DNA of 64,000 bases. It comes from Utricularia gibba. Taxonomy: Eukaryota > Plantae > Magnoliophyta. Of this stretch, positions 47,775 to 61,088 are shown piece by piece. Numbering within the stretch: the stretch's first letter is position 1; each line of letters begins with the position of its first letter. Below the pieces are notes generated by a model that was not told the origin of the DNA, searched no databases, and saw nothing but the letters and a program-made list of their open reading frames with translations. The DNA lies in NCBI GenBank assembly GCA_002189035.1, contig NEEC01000015.1, positions 806,001 through 870,000 on the forward strand. The letters run 5' to 3'. Both the position numbers and the translations under genes were made by a program.

Positions 47775-49451
47775 TCAAGATGTCGGTTTCCAAAATGAAA
47801 GAGCATACACAACTCTTCCTTTCCACCCCTGTAGCATCCATTTGCCATCTTCCTCCACCAAAAAATCAGGATGGTACCACAGACGAACCTTCGTCTTTGC
47901 TTCTTGCAATATTTGCTTGTCCAGTGGGAGCTGTTCAAAGCCAGCCCTATTATCCCGAACTTGCCATTTTTTGTACCCCTCTGGTCTCTCCACCCTCTCC
48001 GATCCTTCACATGTAACCACATTCATGATCTCACTCCCAAGAATGTCCCTCTCATAAACCTGTCTTTCATTGTCTTCACGGGGCATCGTTGCTTCCAGCA
48101 TGTCGAATAGACATGAGTAGTGATTAAGTGCTTCACCAAATCTTGTTGTGAAAAGAGGAACTCCATGATTGGCATTGGATATCCCATGGACAAATATGGT
48201 GGGGTAGATTTCCCTGATCAACTTCAGTACAGAATCACGAGGGCTCTCCAGGTCAAGGCTCATGGATTCTTCCAGTACATGCTTCATTTGGTACACGGAG
48301 TTCACCACAACAACCTCATCCTCTTCGATCCCGAGGTCCTCCAGTTTAATCTCTTTCCACTTCTTGGCAATGGGGTGATACTCAAAAGGTACGTCAAATC
48401 TCTTACAATAGCTCATCAGCCATCTCCCTACTCTCTCAACTCTTGCTGCTGGTTTCAATCCCGCCTGTGGCAAATCTATTCCTGTTATTTTCAAAAGGGG
48501 TGGTCCTCCAGGCTTCAAAGAAATACCCTGTATCAGACATGGCCATTGAAAGCCATACATTATGCCAAAATCTATGATATGAATCTTCTGTGCTTCCCTT
48601 GTATACAATGCAATCGTCTTGTTTGCGACTATGTTCGACAACCGTTGGAATGGGCAAGCTTGAAAATATGCCTGATAGCATTTCAATATCTGTGCAGGCT
48701 GGCTACTCCTTGACAATGAGCTCGCAGCAGCAGTGTACAACATGGAGCCTGTGCCCTCTATTCTAGCATCCAGCGCATTGGCAAAATAATGAGCTAATCT
48801 CTCTGTGTGATCCCCATATGGGGAAGAATGCCGCCTGATCCCCATCAGCAGTTCCCTCGCAGCGCCGTTGTTCAACACAGAAACAGCTTTTGCTGCCTGA
48901 GAAAGAAGGGTCTTGAAATCAATGATCTCCTTCACACCGGACTGTTTCTTGCTCCCCTTCTTCGGTCTCCCCCTCTTGAGCTCGGGCGGTTTTATGTACT
49001 TCCTGCTGACATTCTCATCTTCCGATGAATCCTGATTGTTGCCTGTACAAGCCGTTGACGTTTCATAGAAACAGGGGTTCATTTTCTGACAAAGAAGTGT
49101 CTTATCATACTTGTCCGTGGGCTCACATTCATCATCATCATCCCCTGCTGCTATCTGCTTCCTTCTACGCTCCTGGTCATCGTCATCCTCATTTTCTTCA
49201 TCGTCCCTTCTCCTTCGTCCCTTGCCCTGCGATTCCCCACCCGGAAACGGATGACCCTGACCCGAATCACCATCACCATCAATCCTTCCGGTCCCGGCAG
49301 CTTCATCCTGCGCCTGACTATCCAACAAATCATAGAAAGTCTTCTCAATACACGAAGAGAAAGCACCCAGATTATCAGCATCATCGTCCTCTTCCATCAG
49401 AATCTTCTCTATGTACTCAAAAACCCCATTGAAGTAGTCGCAAGCCACCAT
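47775..49451 (-). CDS. GRAS transcription factor, LISCL/SCL14-SCL9 subfamily (intronless CDS; start uncertain)
   Basis: YIEKILMEED N-terminal motif, SPYGDHTERLAHYFANAL, IHIIDFGIMYGFQWP, LKITGIDLPQ, ERVERPEGYKKWQVR, LQGWKGRVVYALSFW. Confidence 0.92.
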   Translation of the reverse strand: MVACDYFNGVFEYIEKILMEEDDDADNLGAFSSCIEKTFYDLLDSQAQDEAAGTGRIDGDGDSGQGHPFPGGESQGKGRRRRDDEENEDDDDQERRRKQIAAGDDDDECEPTDKYDKTLLCQKMNPCFYETSTACTGNNQDSSEDENVSRKYIKPPELKRGRPKKGSKKQSGVKEIIDFKTLLSQAAKAVSVLNNGAARELLMGIRRHSSPYGDHTERLAHYFANALDARIEGTGSMLYTAAASSLSRSSQPAQILKCYQAYFQACPFQRLSNIVANKTIALYTREAQKIHIIDFGIMYGFQWPCLIQGISLKPGGPPLLKITGIDLPQAGLKPAARVERVGRWLMSYCKRFDVPFEYHPIAKKWKEIKLEDLGIEEDEVVVVNSVYQMKHVLEESMSLDLESPRDSVLKLIREIYPTIFVHGISNANHGVPLFTTRFGEALNHYSCLFDMLEATMPREDNERQVYERDILGSEIMNVVTCEGSERVERPEGYKKWQVRDNRAGFEQLPLDKQILQEAKTKVRLWYHPDFLVEEDGKWMLQGWKGRVVYALSFWKPTS

Positions 49452-49922
49452 CCTGCCACAATCTTCTTCTCCGTCAACGCCGATCCCTGTAAAAAATGAT
49501 GGATTCAAAGCAGAGATGGACTTTTCTTTTCTTGTCGCCACATAAAACAGCCGCTCCTTTGGGCAGATTTTTCTTCTCGAGCCCCCGACCGACACTCCAT
49601 CTGCGCTCCTTCTCTGGAGCTGTCAGTCCTTGGCAATGGCGTCCATCCCCCAGCCCCATTCACTGAATCTCTTACATCATTTTCATCCCTCCCGGGCCTT
49701 TTCTTTTTTTGTTTTTTTCTTACATGGCATTTCATCCTATTTAATAATTATTAATTAATAAAACCTCATCTCATTAAAATAAAAATAAAAAGAGGAAAAA
49801 AGGAAAAAAAAAAAAAGATTCCGCAATCCATAGGCTTCTAGAAAGGGAAACAAAGCCAATGTAAAATAACAAGTGGGACTAAAAATAATAATATAAAATA
49901 TTGATAATGTTGGTAAATATAT

Positions 49923-50843
49923 GCAGGAATTTAGTAATTTACCTGTGTCAGATCTTCTTTTTACTTAAATGCCTGTGACTTTTTTTCTTCATCAAAATGC
50001 CTGTGGCTTTATTTTTTATTTTAAAAATACCTGTTTTGTTCTAATATGTATTTTATTTATATTTTATTAAAATGCATCTCTCTTATTTTTGCGTTTTGTT
50101 GGAATTATTGTTTTAATACCTATTTTATCGTGAAATATTCAAGTCATGTTTTTAATTATATCAATTAAATAAAATTTCATCTTATTTTTCATTATAAATA
50201 AAAAATTACCATTGAATGATTATGTTTACATTGTATTATTTCATTTTTTAAGTTTAATTAATAGTGAGATTGGAAAATAAAATAAATCAATTTATGCAAT
50301 GAAGTGTAATTTCTAATTATTACAGAAATTCAATATAATTTTATTTCAATTTTTTATTAACTCATTAATGTAAACAAAATCAGAATGTTTTTTTAACTTG
50401 TTTGAGTTTAATACATGATTATTTTTCTTTTCCAAATATCTAATTACAAAATGATATAAAAATCATTAAATCATTGAGAATGATGTGGGATGGATGATAA
50501 TGGCGTGACTTGTAGCAGTAGAGATGAGGTGGCGTTCATTGTGAATCTTTTGTTACTGGGTCAAATCTCATGTAGTGTGATTGGTTTAGTCAATGATTTT
50601 ATGATTTGTATAAATTTATGAAATTTAAATATATTTTTATTTGAAATAAAAGTTTATTTATTGGTAAAAATAATTCAATGTAAAAAAACTTCAATTATTT
50701 TAATAATAATGAATTTATGTAAAAAAAAACCACATGTATTTTAGTAACAATGTGATCAAATACAGGTATTTTAATAATTATAAAAAATTAACAGACATTT
50801 CATTAAAAATATTTACTGACACAGGCTTTTTGATAAAAAGGCC
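49923..50843. mobile_element. Non-autonomous Mutator-like (MULE) element, ~920 bp, upstream of the GRAS gene
   Basis: Degenerate long TIRs (CCTGTGTCAG / CTGACACAGG; AAAATACCTGT / ACAGGTATTTT) with G..C termini; TSD TAAATATAT at 49914-49922 and 50844-50852. Confidence 0.75.
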
Positions 50844-51066
50844 TAAATATATGTCAATTTCCATCTAAAAATAGCAAGTTTATTGCATTTTTTTCTTATT
50901 AAAAAAAGTTGAATATTCCGTGGAATCGACTCTGCGTTCCACAGCACAACTGTTTTTGAGTACCGAATTGAAACGAACAAATTACAGCAGACTCGAAGAC
51001 TAAAGCAGATAGCGGGAGTTTGGTTGTCCAAGAGACAGATCACAGAGATGGGAGGCAATGCCTGGA

Positions 51067-52502
51067 TCAGAAGTGAGCTAAGCTGTAGACTACGATCCAA
51101 GCTAGCTGAACAGAAAATGGAGGTGGTGGCTGTTAGGAGAGCTGGGGCGATGGAGATGGTATACAGGGGAAGTGGGAACGTACCAGGAACAAGGAGATTG
51201 AGGCGAAGAGGCCCTCTTGGAGTAAAGCTCCATGGCCGCCGAATTCTTCTTCGTCAACTTTCAAGATGCCGGCGTAGTAGCCGTAAATGACACCGGTGGA
51301 CAACACTAAAAACCTGTGTTTGGAAAAGCAAACGGGGGTTATTCAAGGTAAAGGGTGATAAGTGACTCTAGATGTATTCTGCTTATTTTCCTGCAGTAAA
51401 CTTCTCATATACAGTGCTTAGTATACATCCTTCCACTCACAGTATCGTATACCCTTCTAGTCTGCTCTACTTGTTCCACTCACAGTTTCATATAACCTTC
51501 TAGTATACATTCTTCAACAGCCCATACAATAACAACTCCCCTGTCTATCCAAATAGAAGTAGAAAGGGGCTCAGTTCTCTTCTCTTTTCACCATTCTCAT
51601 CACAGGAAGGAAGTTTTCGGAACAACAACTATAACAGAAAAAGAGATTTACTCTAATGATCTATGTTTCGCTGTAGGATCACTTGGAATATTGTTTCCTA
51701 TGATGGTCACCATGTTAAGCCTAAAGACTGAACGAGGTTCTTAATCCTTTGGTTTTGCACATACCATTATCGAAATTCTCGCTAATTCCTCCATCTTACT
51801 TCACATCGCTTCCTTGATACCGTTCCATATAGCATGTTATCTTATCTTATACCACTAGCAACTTTAATTCTCACAGTTCCTTTTGGATGGATGCCTCCAA
51901 CAGCTAAGAAAAATGAAAAAAATGAGCGGAAATTCAAAGAAAATTGACTCACAAAATAAACCAAAAGCCTCCAACCAAAGGAACTGCACCCCATAGTAAT
52001 CCACACACAAGGGCTAACGCTTGTCTAATCCAGTGCAATACATCCCCTAGTTGATCCTGAAAAAAATATGAAAACTTCAACTGAGGATGAGTATATCCTA
52101 CACAAAATTCGACTAAAAAAAGAGAGAAACGGGCAGCAAACAAAAGCTCCAATGGTGAAGATTGAAAGCCACAATTAGTAAAACCAAACCAGGATATCCA
52201 TTAAAAGAAATAGCACAAGCGACAACTTCTCTATATAAAGAATCCTTTCATTGCTCCCTTCTACGGTTCCACGCATTCTTCCGGCCAGTAAAATCAAATC
52301 CAAGCTAAGGAATTCCCAATCAATGCCTCGCGAACGAAAATAAACATGACCCAAGATGGAAAGAAAGCCAACGTTTTCTCTTTACCTTATCCCACGAAGC
52401 ATTAGGATCCAATAACTTGCCAATCTTGAACGGAATCAAATGTCCATTAGCATGGTCTTGCTGCTGTTGGCTATTCAATTTCGAAGATTTCCTTTCTCTC
52501 AT
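51067..52502 (-). CDS. Rab5-interacting protein family (RAB5IF/OPTI, EMC6-related); exons 52502-52386, 52056-51953, 51313-51184, 51105-51067
   Basis: LLDPNASWDKDQLGDVLHWIRQ...GLLWGAVPLVGG...GVIYGYYAGILKVDEEEFGGHGALLQEGLFASISLFLLAWIVVYSLAHF; phases verified; mostly absent from the ORF track. Confidence 0.92.
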
Positions 52503-53327
52503 CTAACTTTACCCTCAAAAAACAAGCACAGTCTCCTCGATACTCGCGCCCCACCGGAGATTAATCAGGTTATCGGAAATGTGCAACGGAGGTTGGGCGC
52601 TCTTTGGAGTCGCCGATCTGCCGAAACCACACTTGAGTCCCTGCGTCTTGACTTCAAAGCAGGCCCTTAACGGGCCGGACATATGGGCCCATTAATTAAC
52701 TGCTAGAAAATTCTTAGTTTCATTTCAAATGACAAAGACAGCCCAGTCTTTCCTTTCGATAAATGTCGTCGTCTACAGAAAAAGTAGGATAAGTGTTTAA
52801 GGTTAGGGTGCTCTTCTGAAGCCGGGAAGGTCAAACTCGCTGTATCTTCACTTCCATTGTTGAAAATACTTGATCTTTTGGGTAGGGGAAAGGTTCCCGA
52901 TCGGTTCTTGTAGTCGGTTGCACATGTGTATTTTGTGGGAACTTTGAAATGGGAGAAAAAATTATTTGGGAAGGGTCCAGATCAATATGATTCTTGGAAG
53001 TTGATCTCCTCTCTTTTTTGTAGAAAAGTTGGATAGGTTTTTGCGTAGTGTTCTTCTTTGATTCTGAAGGCATTGCTGTTCTGTTTTCTCGATGAGTGTA
53101 AAGTGTAAAATACTTGTTTACACGGGTTTTTTCTTTAATGGGTTCGAGATCCCCTCGAATTCTGATTCTTAAACTTCGGTTGTTTGTTTTAATAATCAGG
53201 GAGATGTTATAGTTGTTTTTCCATGTTGGGTTATATATGATGTATGCGTATGCTTTGTGGGAGCTGGTGTAATCGTACTGTTTGGCTTCTTGGAAAATCA
53301 CTGACAGGCTCTTTTGCTACAGAAAAG

Positions 53328-54590
53328 ATGCAAGGAGTTCAAGCCATTTTGTCGAATGGGAATGTTTTGAAGAATGCTGTCTTGCGCCATATCCGCCTGA
53401 TTCCTGCCGCTGTTGCTACTCGTTCGCCTCCTTTTGCCCGCTTTGAATCCACCTCCACTGCGGCGAAAATTGAGGAGCATGGATTTGAGAGCACCAAGAT
53501 ATCTGATGTTTTGAAAGACAAAGGGAAAAATGCCGATGGCTCTTGGCTTTGGTGCACAACAGAAGACACTGTTTATGATGCCGTGAAATCTGTATTGGCT
53601 TATTTTTCTTGATATGAACTCCATTTGAGTTTTTGTTCTCCGTGTCGCTGCCTTGACTACATTCTTGTACTGCAGATGACACAGCACAACGTTGGTGCTC
53701 TTGTGGTGGTTAAGCCTGGGGAGCAGAAAGCAATTGCTGGAATTATCACAGAGAGAGGTATTCCTTTCTCATTTCTAATCTTTTAATTAGATCAAATTGT
53801 GTTTGTTTTCATCTTTATCTCTTTATGCATATCTCCCGAGAGTCTATCTATGACTAGAAATGAACTTGGTCTGAGATGGAATTCATTCTTTTCTTGGGGA
53901 AAATTTATCAGGGGCAACCTTGATTTTTCTATCTTATTTATGCTATGAGTTAATGGACTGGTATTTGCTGTATCGGGTATGGATTACGAATGTTTCCGGT
54001 GATTCTACCAAATGGTTTGACCGCATGTCCCATCTAGTTTATTTAGTCTTTGCTGATGACATTATCAGTAGAAATCCTTTCGTTGGATTAGTTTCACCTC
54101 GAGCTTGTTTATGGGGTTGTGCACTGTGTGAGGGTTGATGACATTTGTTACTTGGACAGATTATCTTAGGAAGATCATTGTTCAGGGGAGATCATCGAAG
54201 GCCACAAAAGTTGGGGACATCATGACTGAGGAGGTAACTATATACTTTTAAATTGTTCTATAGCATTCTAAGAAAATAGTCTGATGGATCCTCATCAATT
54301 GCAGAACAAGCTGATCACAGTTGACCCAGATACTAAAGTTCTTAAGGCAATGCAATTAATGACAGGTTCTGCTAGTCGTGAAAAACTTTTGCCAACTTCA
54401 ACTCCTCTTTGGGTTCTCTCTGGTCCTTCAATCTTGATTTTTTACAGATAACCGCATCAGGCACATACCGGTAGTTGATTCTACTGGGATGATTGGTATG
54501 GTCTCCATCGGTGATGTTGTTCGTGCAGTTGTGAAAGAGCATCGTGATGAATTGAACCGCCTGAATGCGTTCATTCAGGGAGGGTACTAG
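53328..54590 (+). CDS. CBSX3: Mitochondrial CBS-domain protein CBSX3; exons 53328-53591, 53676-53757, 54160-54233, 54305-54365, 54448-54590
   Basis: EEHGFESTKISDVLK, DGSWLWCTT, HNVGALVVVKPG, ITERDYLRKIIVQGRSSK, NRIRHIPV, ELNRLNAFIQGGY. Confidence 0.95.
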
Positions 54591-54921
54591 AACTATGATG
54601 ATGATGATGATGATGAAAAATAATTTCTAGCTTGAATCTTGAGCCACTCAGTCCTGTAAATGTCTGTTTGTTTGTGTTTCTCTTGAATGCTTTGAGATGT
54701 TCCAAACTTGATGTTCAAGGTTGTGAACTGATGAATAAAATGACTGATGGGCTTTCGTCCACCCTGCTTTAAAAATTGAACAGCGAGTCTTCAAGGCAAA
54801 AGTAAACTAAACAGAGGCACTATGGGGATAAAGCGTGCCTTGTTACATAGATGGACGCTCATGTTTGGCTAAATAAGCTTAAACAATTTCTTCCAAAAGT
54901 ATCATTGGAGCAATAAAAAGG

Positions 54922-56498
54922 TCAGGATTTCCCAGCCTTCTGTCTGGCTTTATCTATGAGAGGTCTCAGCTGCTTCTTTTCAGCAAGAATCTTGAGGAAG
55001 TTGTACAGGAAAGGGATGTAGTTGTGCTTCCTACGAATGTTCTCAGTTCTCCATTTCTTGAACTTCTCTTCTTCCACAAGTATCTTCTCAGAAGCAGCTC
55101 CGATCCCAGCATTTATCTCCGAAAGACTTGAATTCATCGCCTCAACATCACGTCCATCAACCAGTCGCTCAGACTGTAAGGCAGCAAGTTGTTGAAGGAT
55201 CCTCTCCCTTCTCCTCTGAAGTTCCTTCAGCTCGGCCGTGTACATTTCCTTCCTGTTCTTGATTATGGCCATCAGATTAAACCTAATCTCATTCTGGGAA
55301 TACCTCTCAATACGTTTTTGGATCACAGGTTGGACCACCCGTAGCCATTCCACGTCGTTCTGTCCACCAGAACATGGCCCGAGGTTGATTGGCCCCTCTT
55401 TCAGTCCATCAAGCTCATAAACTACACCATCGATGGGTATATAGCTGATGAAGTGATAAACATCATCATCTTTCCCAGCCGCTCTCTGTTCATCAGGAAT
55501 CAAAGGCTCAGGCCTCGCAAAGCTATTATGTGCTGCACGAATAGCTTCACTGTTATTAATGGCTAAACCCTTGAGTTCAGGTGGGAAGGATCTTGTGAAT
55601 TCTTTGAATTCTGACAGCTCAGGACCGATATCAACTTCAGAGCTATTCATCAGAACAGACAGAATTGCTTGAGTGGCACAGGCATTATTTATCACCTGAC
55701 AGCAGCAAGAATGATACAACTTAAAGCGCATTTCATTAGTCTACAAAAAACACAACTACCAATGTCAATGTTATGTTAACCTGGCTGGCAAAAAACAAGT
55801 TTGAAGTTGGACCCTTTATCACAGGACGATCATCCTTCTCCCCTGGGCGCCACTTGAAAAGAAATATTAAGCCATAGACAGGCCTATAAAAGAGAAAGAT
55901 TGCAAAATAAAACCATAAACACATGAACGTAAGTTCAGGATTTTGTAAGACCGGAATTCAAGTTCAAAACACCAGCTGAAACTGGGTTTACCTTAAACTA
56001 TCTAGTGCATCGAGATCCAATGAATATAACTCTTCAACCTGCTTGGCAATAACTTGAAAATGAGAACTTGGAACTGTTTTCAATTCACGAAATCATCTTA
56101 CAACAAAACTACAAGCAACCGAATGGATCAAAGCTATAAAGTGCACATAATTGGCAAATTGGCCGATTCATACCCAGATCATAATAAGCAACGGCATCAA
56201 TCAAAGTCACAAAATAATTGGCACATTAGGTCAAAATCAGTTGATCACGTTACTTACAGAGACAGATTTGTATGAATAGTGATACATATATTAGGTCAAA
56301 ACGTACCTGAACACCTTTAACTTGCATCTGTTGTATGAGTTCGGTGAAAACACCTAGATCGAAAAACCAACACAAAAAGGTAAAAGTCACAAAAAAATCC
56401 AAATAGAATCTCTAACACATATAAACGGTAGAAACAAGAACACAAAAGTTCGAGAGTGAAAACCTACCAGGATCTGACTCGATTGTGCACCACGACAT
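54922..56498 (-). CDS. UCH2: Ubiquitin C-terminal hydrolase, UCH37/UCHL5-type, five exons
   Basis: [16 protein letters not shown], catalytic Cys in [13 protein letters not shown], His in DVYHFISY, Asp in YELDGL, tail [12 protein letters not shown]. Confidence 0.93.
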
Positions 56499-57323
56499 TC
56501 TTGGCGTGGCGAGGAGTATCTAGAAACTGCGAAGCAAATTTATGAATCCCCAAACAAGGTATTAGAAGGACGCAATGACACCAGAATCTATAACCTAAAT
56601 CCAAGCTCCGGATAGCAAAATCCCCGAAAGACCTCCAATCCAAACCAGAAAAAACCGCAGCCCTCAGTCAGGTTTATGGATCTATTCATCCGGCCCAAAG
56701 CTCTCTGAGCCACACAGAGACAAGACCCAGCTCCAGATCAGGCCGAATGCTTACCCCAATAAGCCCTACACCAGCCCAGTTAATGACCAACGGTCCTCAA
56801 ATAAAGCCCAACCCGACACAAGACCAAACTAGATCCTCGTCTAAGCCATGTATGGCCGGCCCAGTACGGTCCTAAAAAAAAAAAAATCGTCTAATTTAAT
56901 TTAATAATAAAACTATTTATTGAATATATCTATGAAAATGTATGTTGTTTCGAATAGATCTTATTGTTTGGAATGTTATAACGAGCAAATAATTCGTATT
57001 CGAATTATGTTCGACTTGATTAAAATCGTTTATTTTAATTTGAATAATATAAACAAACAAACATAAATAAAATCTATATTCGAAATCGGGTCCGCCACTG
57101 AAGGTGCGTATGCTGACGCACATTTCGGACCGGGTAAGTCCAGTCGGATGGCCCGAGCTGTTTACTACGCAACTCTATCATCGGCATGGTGCTCATAATC
57201 AGCATGTAAAAAAACCAAAGATGGGAAGCAAAACTGTTCGTCAACTGAAGACACTCATCGTGTTTGACACAGATAATTATCTGCATCAACAAACTGGCGA
57301 CACCAACGTCTAATAGAAGAAAA

Positions 57324-58343
<1,020 letters not shown>

Positions 58344-58394
58344 TCCTCTGGTACCGCCGCCGCAGAGTCCTCACGAATGACGGGCACCGTCCGC

Positions 58395-58402
58395 TAGGGT
58401 TT
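58395..58402 (-). promoter_or_regulatory. Telo-box upstream of RPL15
   Basis: TAGGGTTT (AAACCCTA on the minus strand) about 50 nt upstream of the ATG, typical of plant ribosomal protein genes. Confidence 0.65.
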
Positions 58403-58913
58403 AAAAGACGATTTTAAAACGTGATATCTTTTTTTAAATAATTTATATTGTATATATCATTTGAAAAAATGTGCAAAAATATTCGTTAAATCTCATTTAT
58501 TTAAGTTTAAATCCAAATATTTTCCAATAATATAAATATATAAAAAAAATATCTCAATAATTTAGGAGGAAATTTCGGACCAACAGAAAATGATTCTGTT
58601 TTGGTTTGAGATTTTTTCCTGGTATGAAGGGGAGGAGAACTGGAAATCCCACGCTGTGCGCGGGTGTTAGTTGATTATCTACTTGCTTTCCAGTTGTTTT
58701 CTCTGCTTCCTTTCCTTTATATCGTTTCCCCTCTTTTTGCTTTGCCGGGACACAGTAAAGCTGCGTTCTTGCCCGTTGATCATGATTCCTCATACACAAG
58801 CTAATCATTCTCTGTGGAATTCGTCGAAGAGGCCAAATGGGTATCCATGAATTCTCGTTTTCTTTCTTTTTGACCAGGCGATTTCCTTGAACTCTCTCTA
58901 TATTCAGTTATCA

Positions 58914-59801
58914 ATGCTCATCGGATATCTCTGTTTTCTTCTCCTTTTTCCTCTGGTTTCTTCTCAATGCCATGGAGTGAATCTCCATGCAAGAAATGAG
59001 CTTGATTCCCTGCTTCAAGATTGTGGGTTCACGGCTTTTTCCAACCCGAAAACTGGTGATGTATACCAAGGGCATCCCCCTTCTAATTTGACGGGCGTCC
59101 GGGTGGCGGGGCTGCGCCTGAGAACCGGTAGCCTGTTGCGGAGAGGGGTTTCTCGGTACAAAGAATTCCGGATTCCGACGGGTGTCGTGGTTAACCCTTA
59201 CGCTGAGAGGGTTGCGTTTGTGTACCAGAATTTAGGGAACTGGTCTTCTTGTTACTACCATCTGAATGACTTCAATTTCTTGGCTCCGGTTCTCGGTCTG
59301 CTGGCGTACGATGCTTCTAATTTATCTGCTCGGGATCTGCTCCCGCTTGAGATGGGACTCACCGGTGATCCCATTACAGTCAGTTTCTCACATTTGGTTT
59401 CGAATCCAGTTTCAGATCGGATTTCAGCGAGATGCGTGCATTTCCGTTTGAATGGTTCTTTCGAGTTGAGTGCTGTTGTGAATCAAAGCAGCTGTCTTTT
59501 TAGTGATCAGGGCCATTTTTCCATCGTGTCTAAGTCACCGTCGTCGACCCGTCCGCATCCGGCTCCCCGTGGTGGCCGGAGAGTGCTCGCTATCGTGTGT
59601 TCACTGATCGGAGGAGTAGCATTGCTGATTATCGCAGCGGTTGTTACTTGGGTTCGCCGGAAACGGAAGAAAATCCGGCAGATGGAGGCCGCGTCTGAAG
59701 TTGGGGTCGAGTTGCCGATGACGAAGGTAGGCGAAACGAAGGCGCCGGCGGCGCCGGAGATGCGGACGAGGCCGACTATTGAAACAGAGTTTGCGCCTTA
59801 A
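58914..59801 (+). CDS. DUF1191 single-pass membrane protein (signal peptide plus C-terminal TM helix), intronless
   Basis: PSNLTGVRVAGLRLRTGSL, YKEFRIPTGVVVNPYAERVAFVYQNLGNWS, LAPVLGLLAYDA; TM segment VLAIVCSLIGGVALLIIAAVVTW. Confidence 0.9.
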   Translation: MLIGYLCFLLLFPLVSSQCHGVNLHARNELDSLLQDCGFTAFSNPKTGDVYQGHPPSNLTGVRVAGLRLRTGSLLRRGVSRYKEFRIPTGVVVNPYAERVAFVYQNLGNWSSCYYHLNDFNFLAPVLGLLAYDASNLSARDLLPLEMGLTGDPITVSFSHLVSNPVSDRISARCVHFRLNGSFELSAVVNQSSCLFSDQGHFSIVSKSPSSTRPHPAPRGGRRVLAIVCSLIGGVALLIIAAVVTWVRRKRKKIRQMEAASEVGVELPMTKVGETKAPAAPEMRTRPTIETEFAP

Positions 59802-61088
59802 AAGTCGAATTGCTGCATTTGTATTTGGTATTCAGAACTTTTAAGTTTAATTCTATTTAATTCATTTCTGTGATTTTTGCCATATTTGAATTTTAATTTA
59901 AATCAACTTAACTAATAAATTTTATAAATACATATTTAAAATTATATTATATTTGACAGATATTTACAAAATAAATAAATAAAATTAAATCATGATTAAC
60001 GTAATTTGGTTTGGAATTATACAAAAAATATATCATATATAATCGATTATTTCTCTAACTGACAAATACAATTTTTATTAATTATTTTCACCGAAATTCA
60101 TTAAAATAAATATTCTAATAAAAATATATTTATACAAACGCACGCTGCGCGGGGAATTGAATTCCGGGCCGGTGGTTATGGTATTGTCTACGGCCCAACG
60201 GCGAAGACGTACTGGGCACTCCGGCGTGGCGGAAGTAGGCTATCTGGGGAATGGGCGTCGGAGCGTGGGAAGTGGAGGAGATAGACGTAGAGCCGGAGCC
60301 GGAGTCTGTTTAAATTGAAACGGTTGTTTTCCGTGTGCTGGTCATTTCGCCGGCGAGGATGGAGGGGGGGCGGACTCCCCCTACGGCCTCCCAAATGCTT
60401 CTTGAGATACTGGATCATCGTCTCCGTGTTTATTTTCTATGATTGTGGTCCAATTAAATTTCGTATTTTTGGATATTTAAATTGATTTTCGTCCAATAAC
60501 AAATGCTGCGATATCGATGCATTTAGTTTTCCCGGATGTATTAGGAAACTGCGTTTTTCAGTTTTGTGGAAATTAACGCCGTCCAACTTCCGGTGATTTT
60601 CCGAGGGGAAGTTGAAGGGGAGGCGAGGAGAGGCGCCGGTGGAAAGGTAAGGACACGATGACGTAATCACTGACAAGTGCATTCAAGGCTGAACCCCACG
60701 AACCCCTTCGCATCTACCTTTTACACCGAACACCCTTCCCACTGCTAACTGTAAATTTTTTTCATGGTGAAACGGACGGAATTTTGACTGGTGGTATACA
60801 TATTTTCTGTTTGCCCCCACAGCCATTGAAGCCTCCAGCTCATCAAAACATGGAAAATAGTACCTTTTTTTTCATCTTCCGATTCTCTTTTAATAAGTTT
60901 TTACTGCTTCTTTGTTTGTTTGTAGCAGCAGGGGTTTTCCTTCCACTCCTCACTGTCGGAGAAAGCCTGGTCCGTTTCTTGATTTATTTCTTCTGGGTTT
61001 TGACAATGCAATATTCTTTCTTTCTGTGTTTGTTGACCCCATTGCTCTCTTTGGTTTTCTAGACTGTGTAGCGCATCGCATCGCATTC

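Noticed and set aside
49452-49735. N-terminal ORF extensions and upstream ORFs of the GRAS gene
   Set aside because: The track ORF starts at a non-ATG codon; upstream ATGs are out of frame or stop early; the candidate linking intron (36 nt) is too short.
57084-57100. GGGTCCGCCACTG resembling a Harbinger/MITE terminus
   Set aside because: No partner TIR or TSD nearby.
60137-60210. tRNA-like 3' end on the minus strand (CCCGGAATTCAATTCCCC)
   Set aside because: The T-loop is imperfect and no cloverleaf, A box or anticodon arm can be built.
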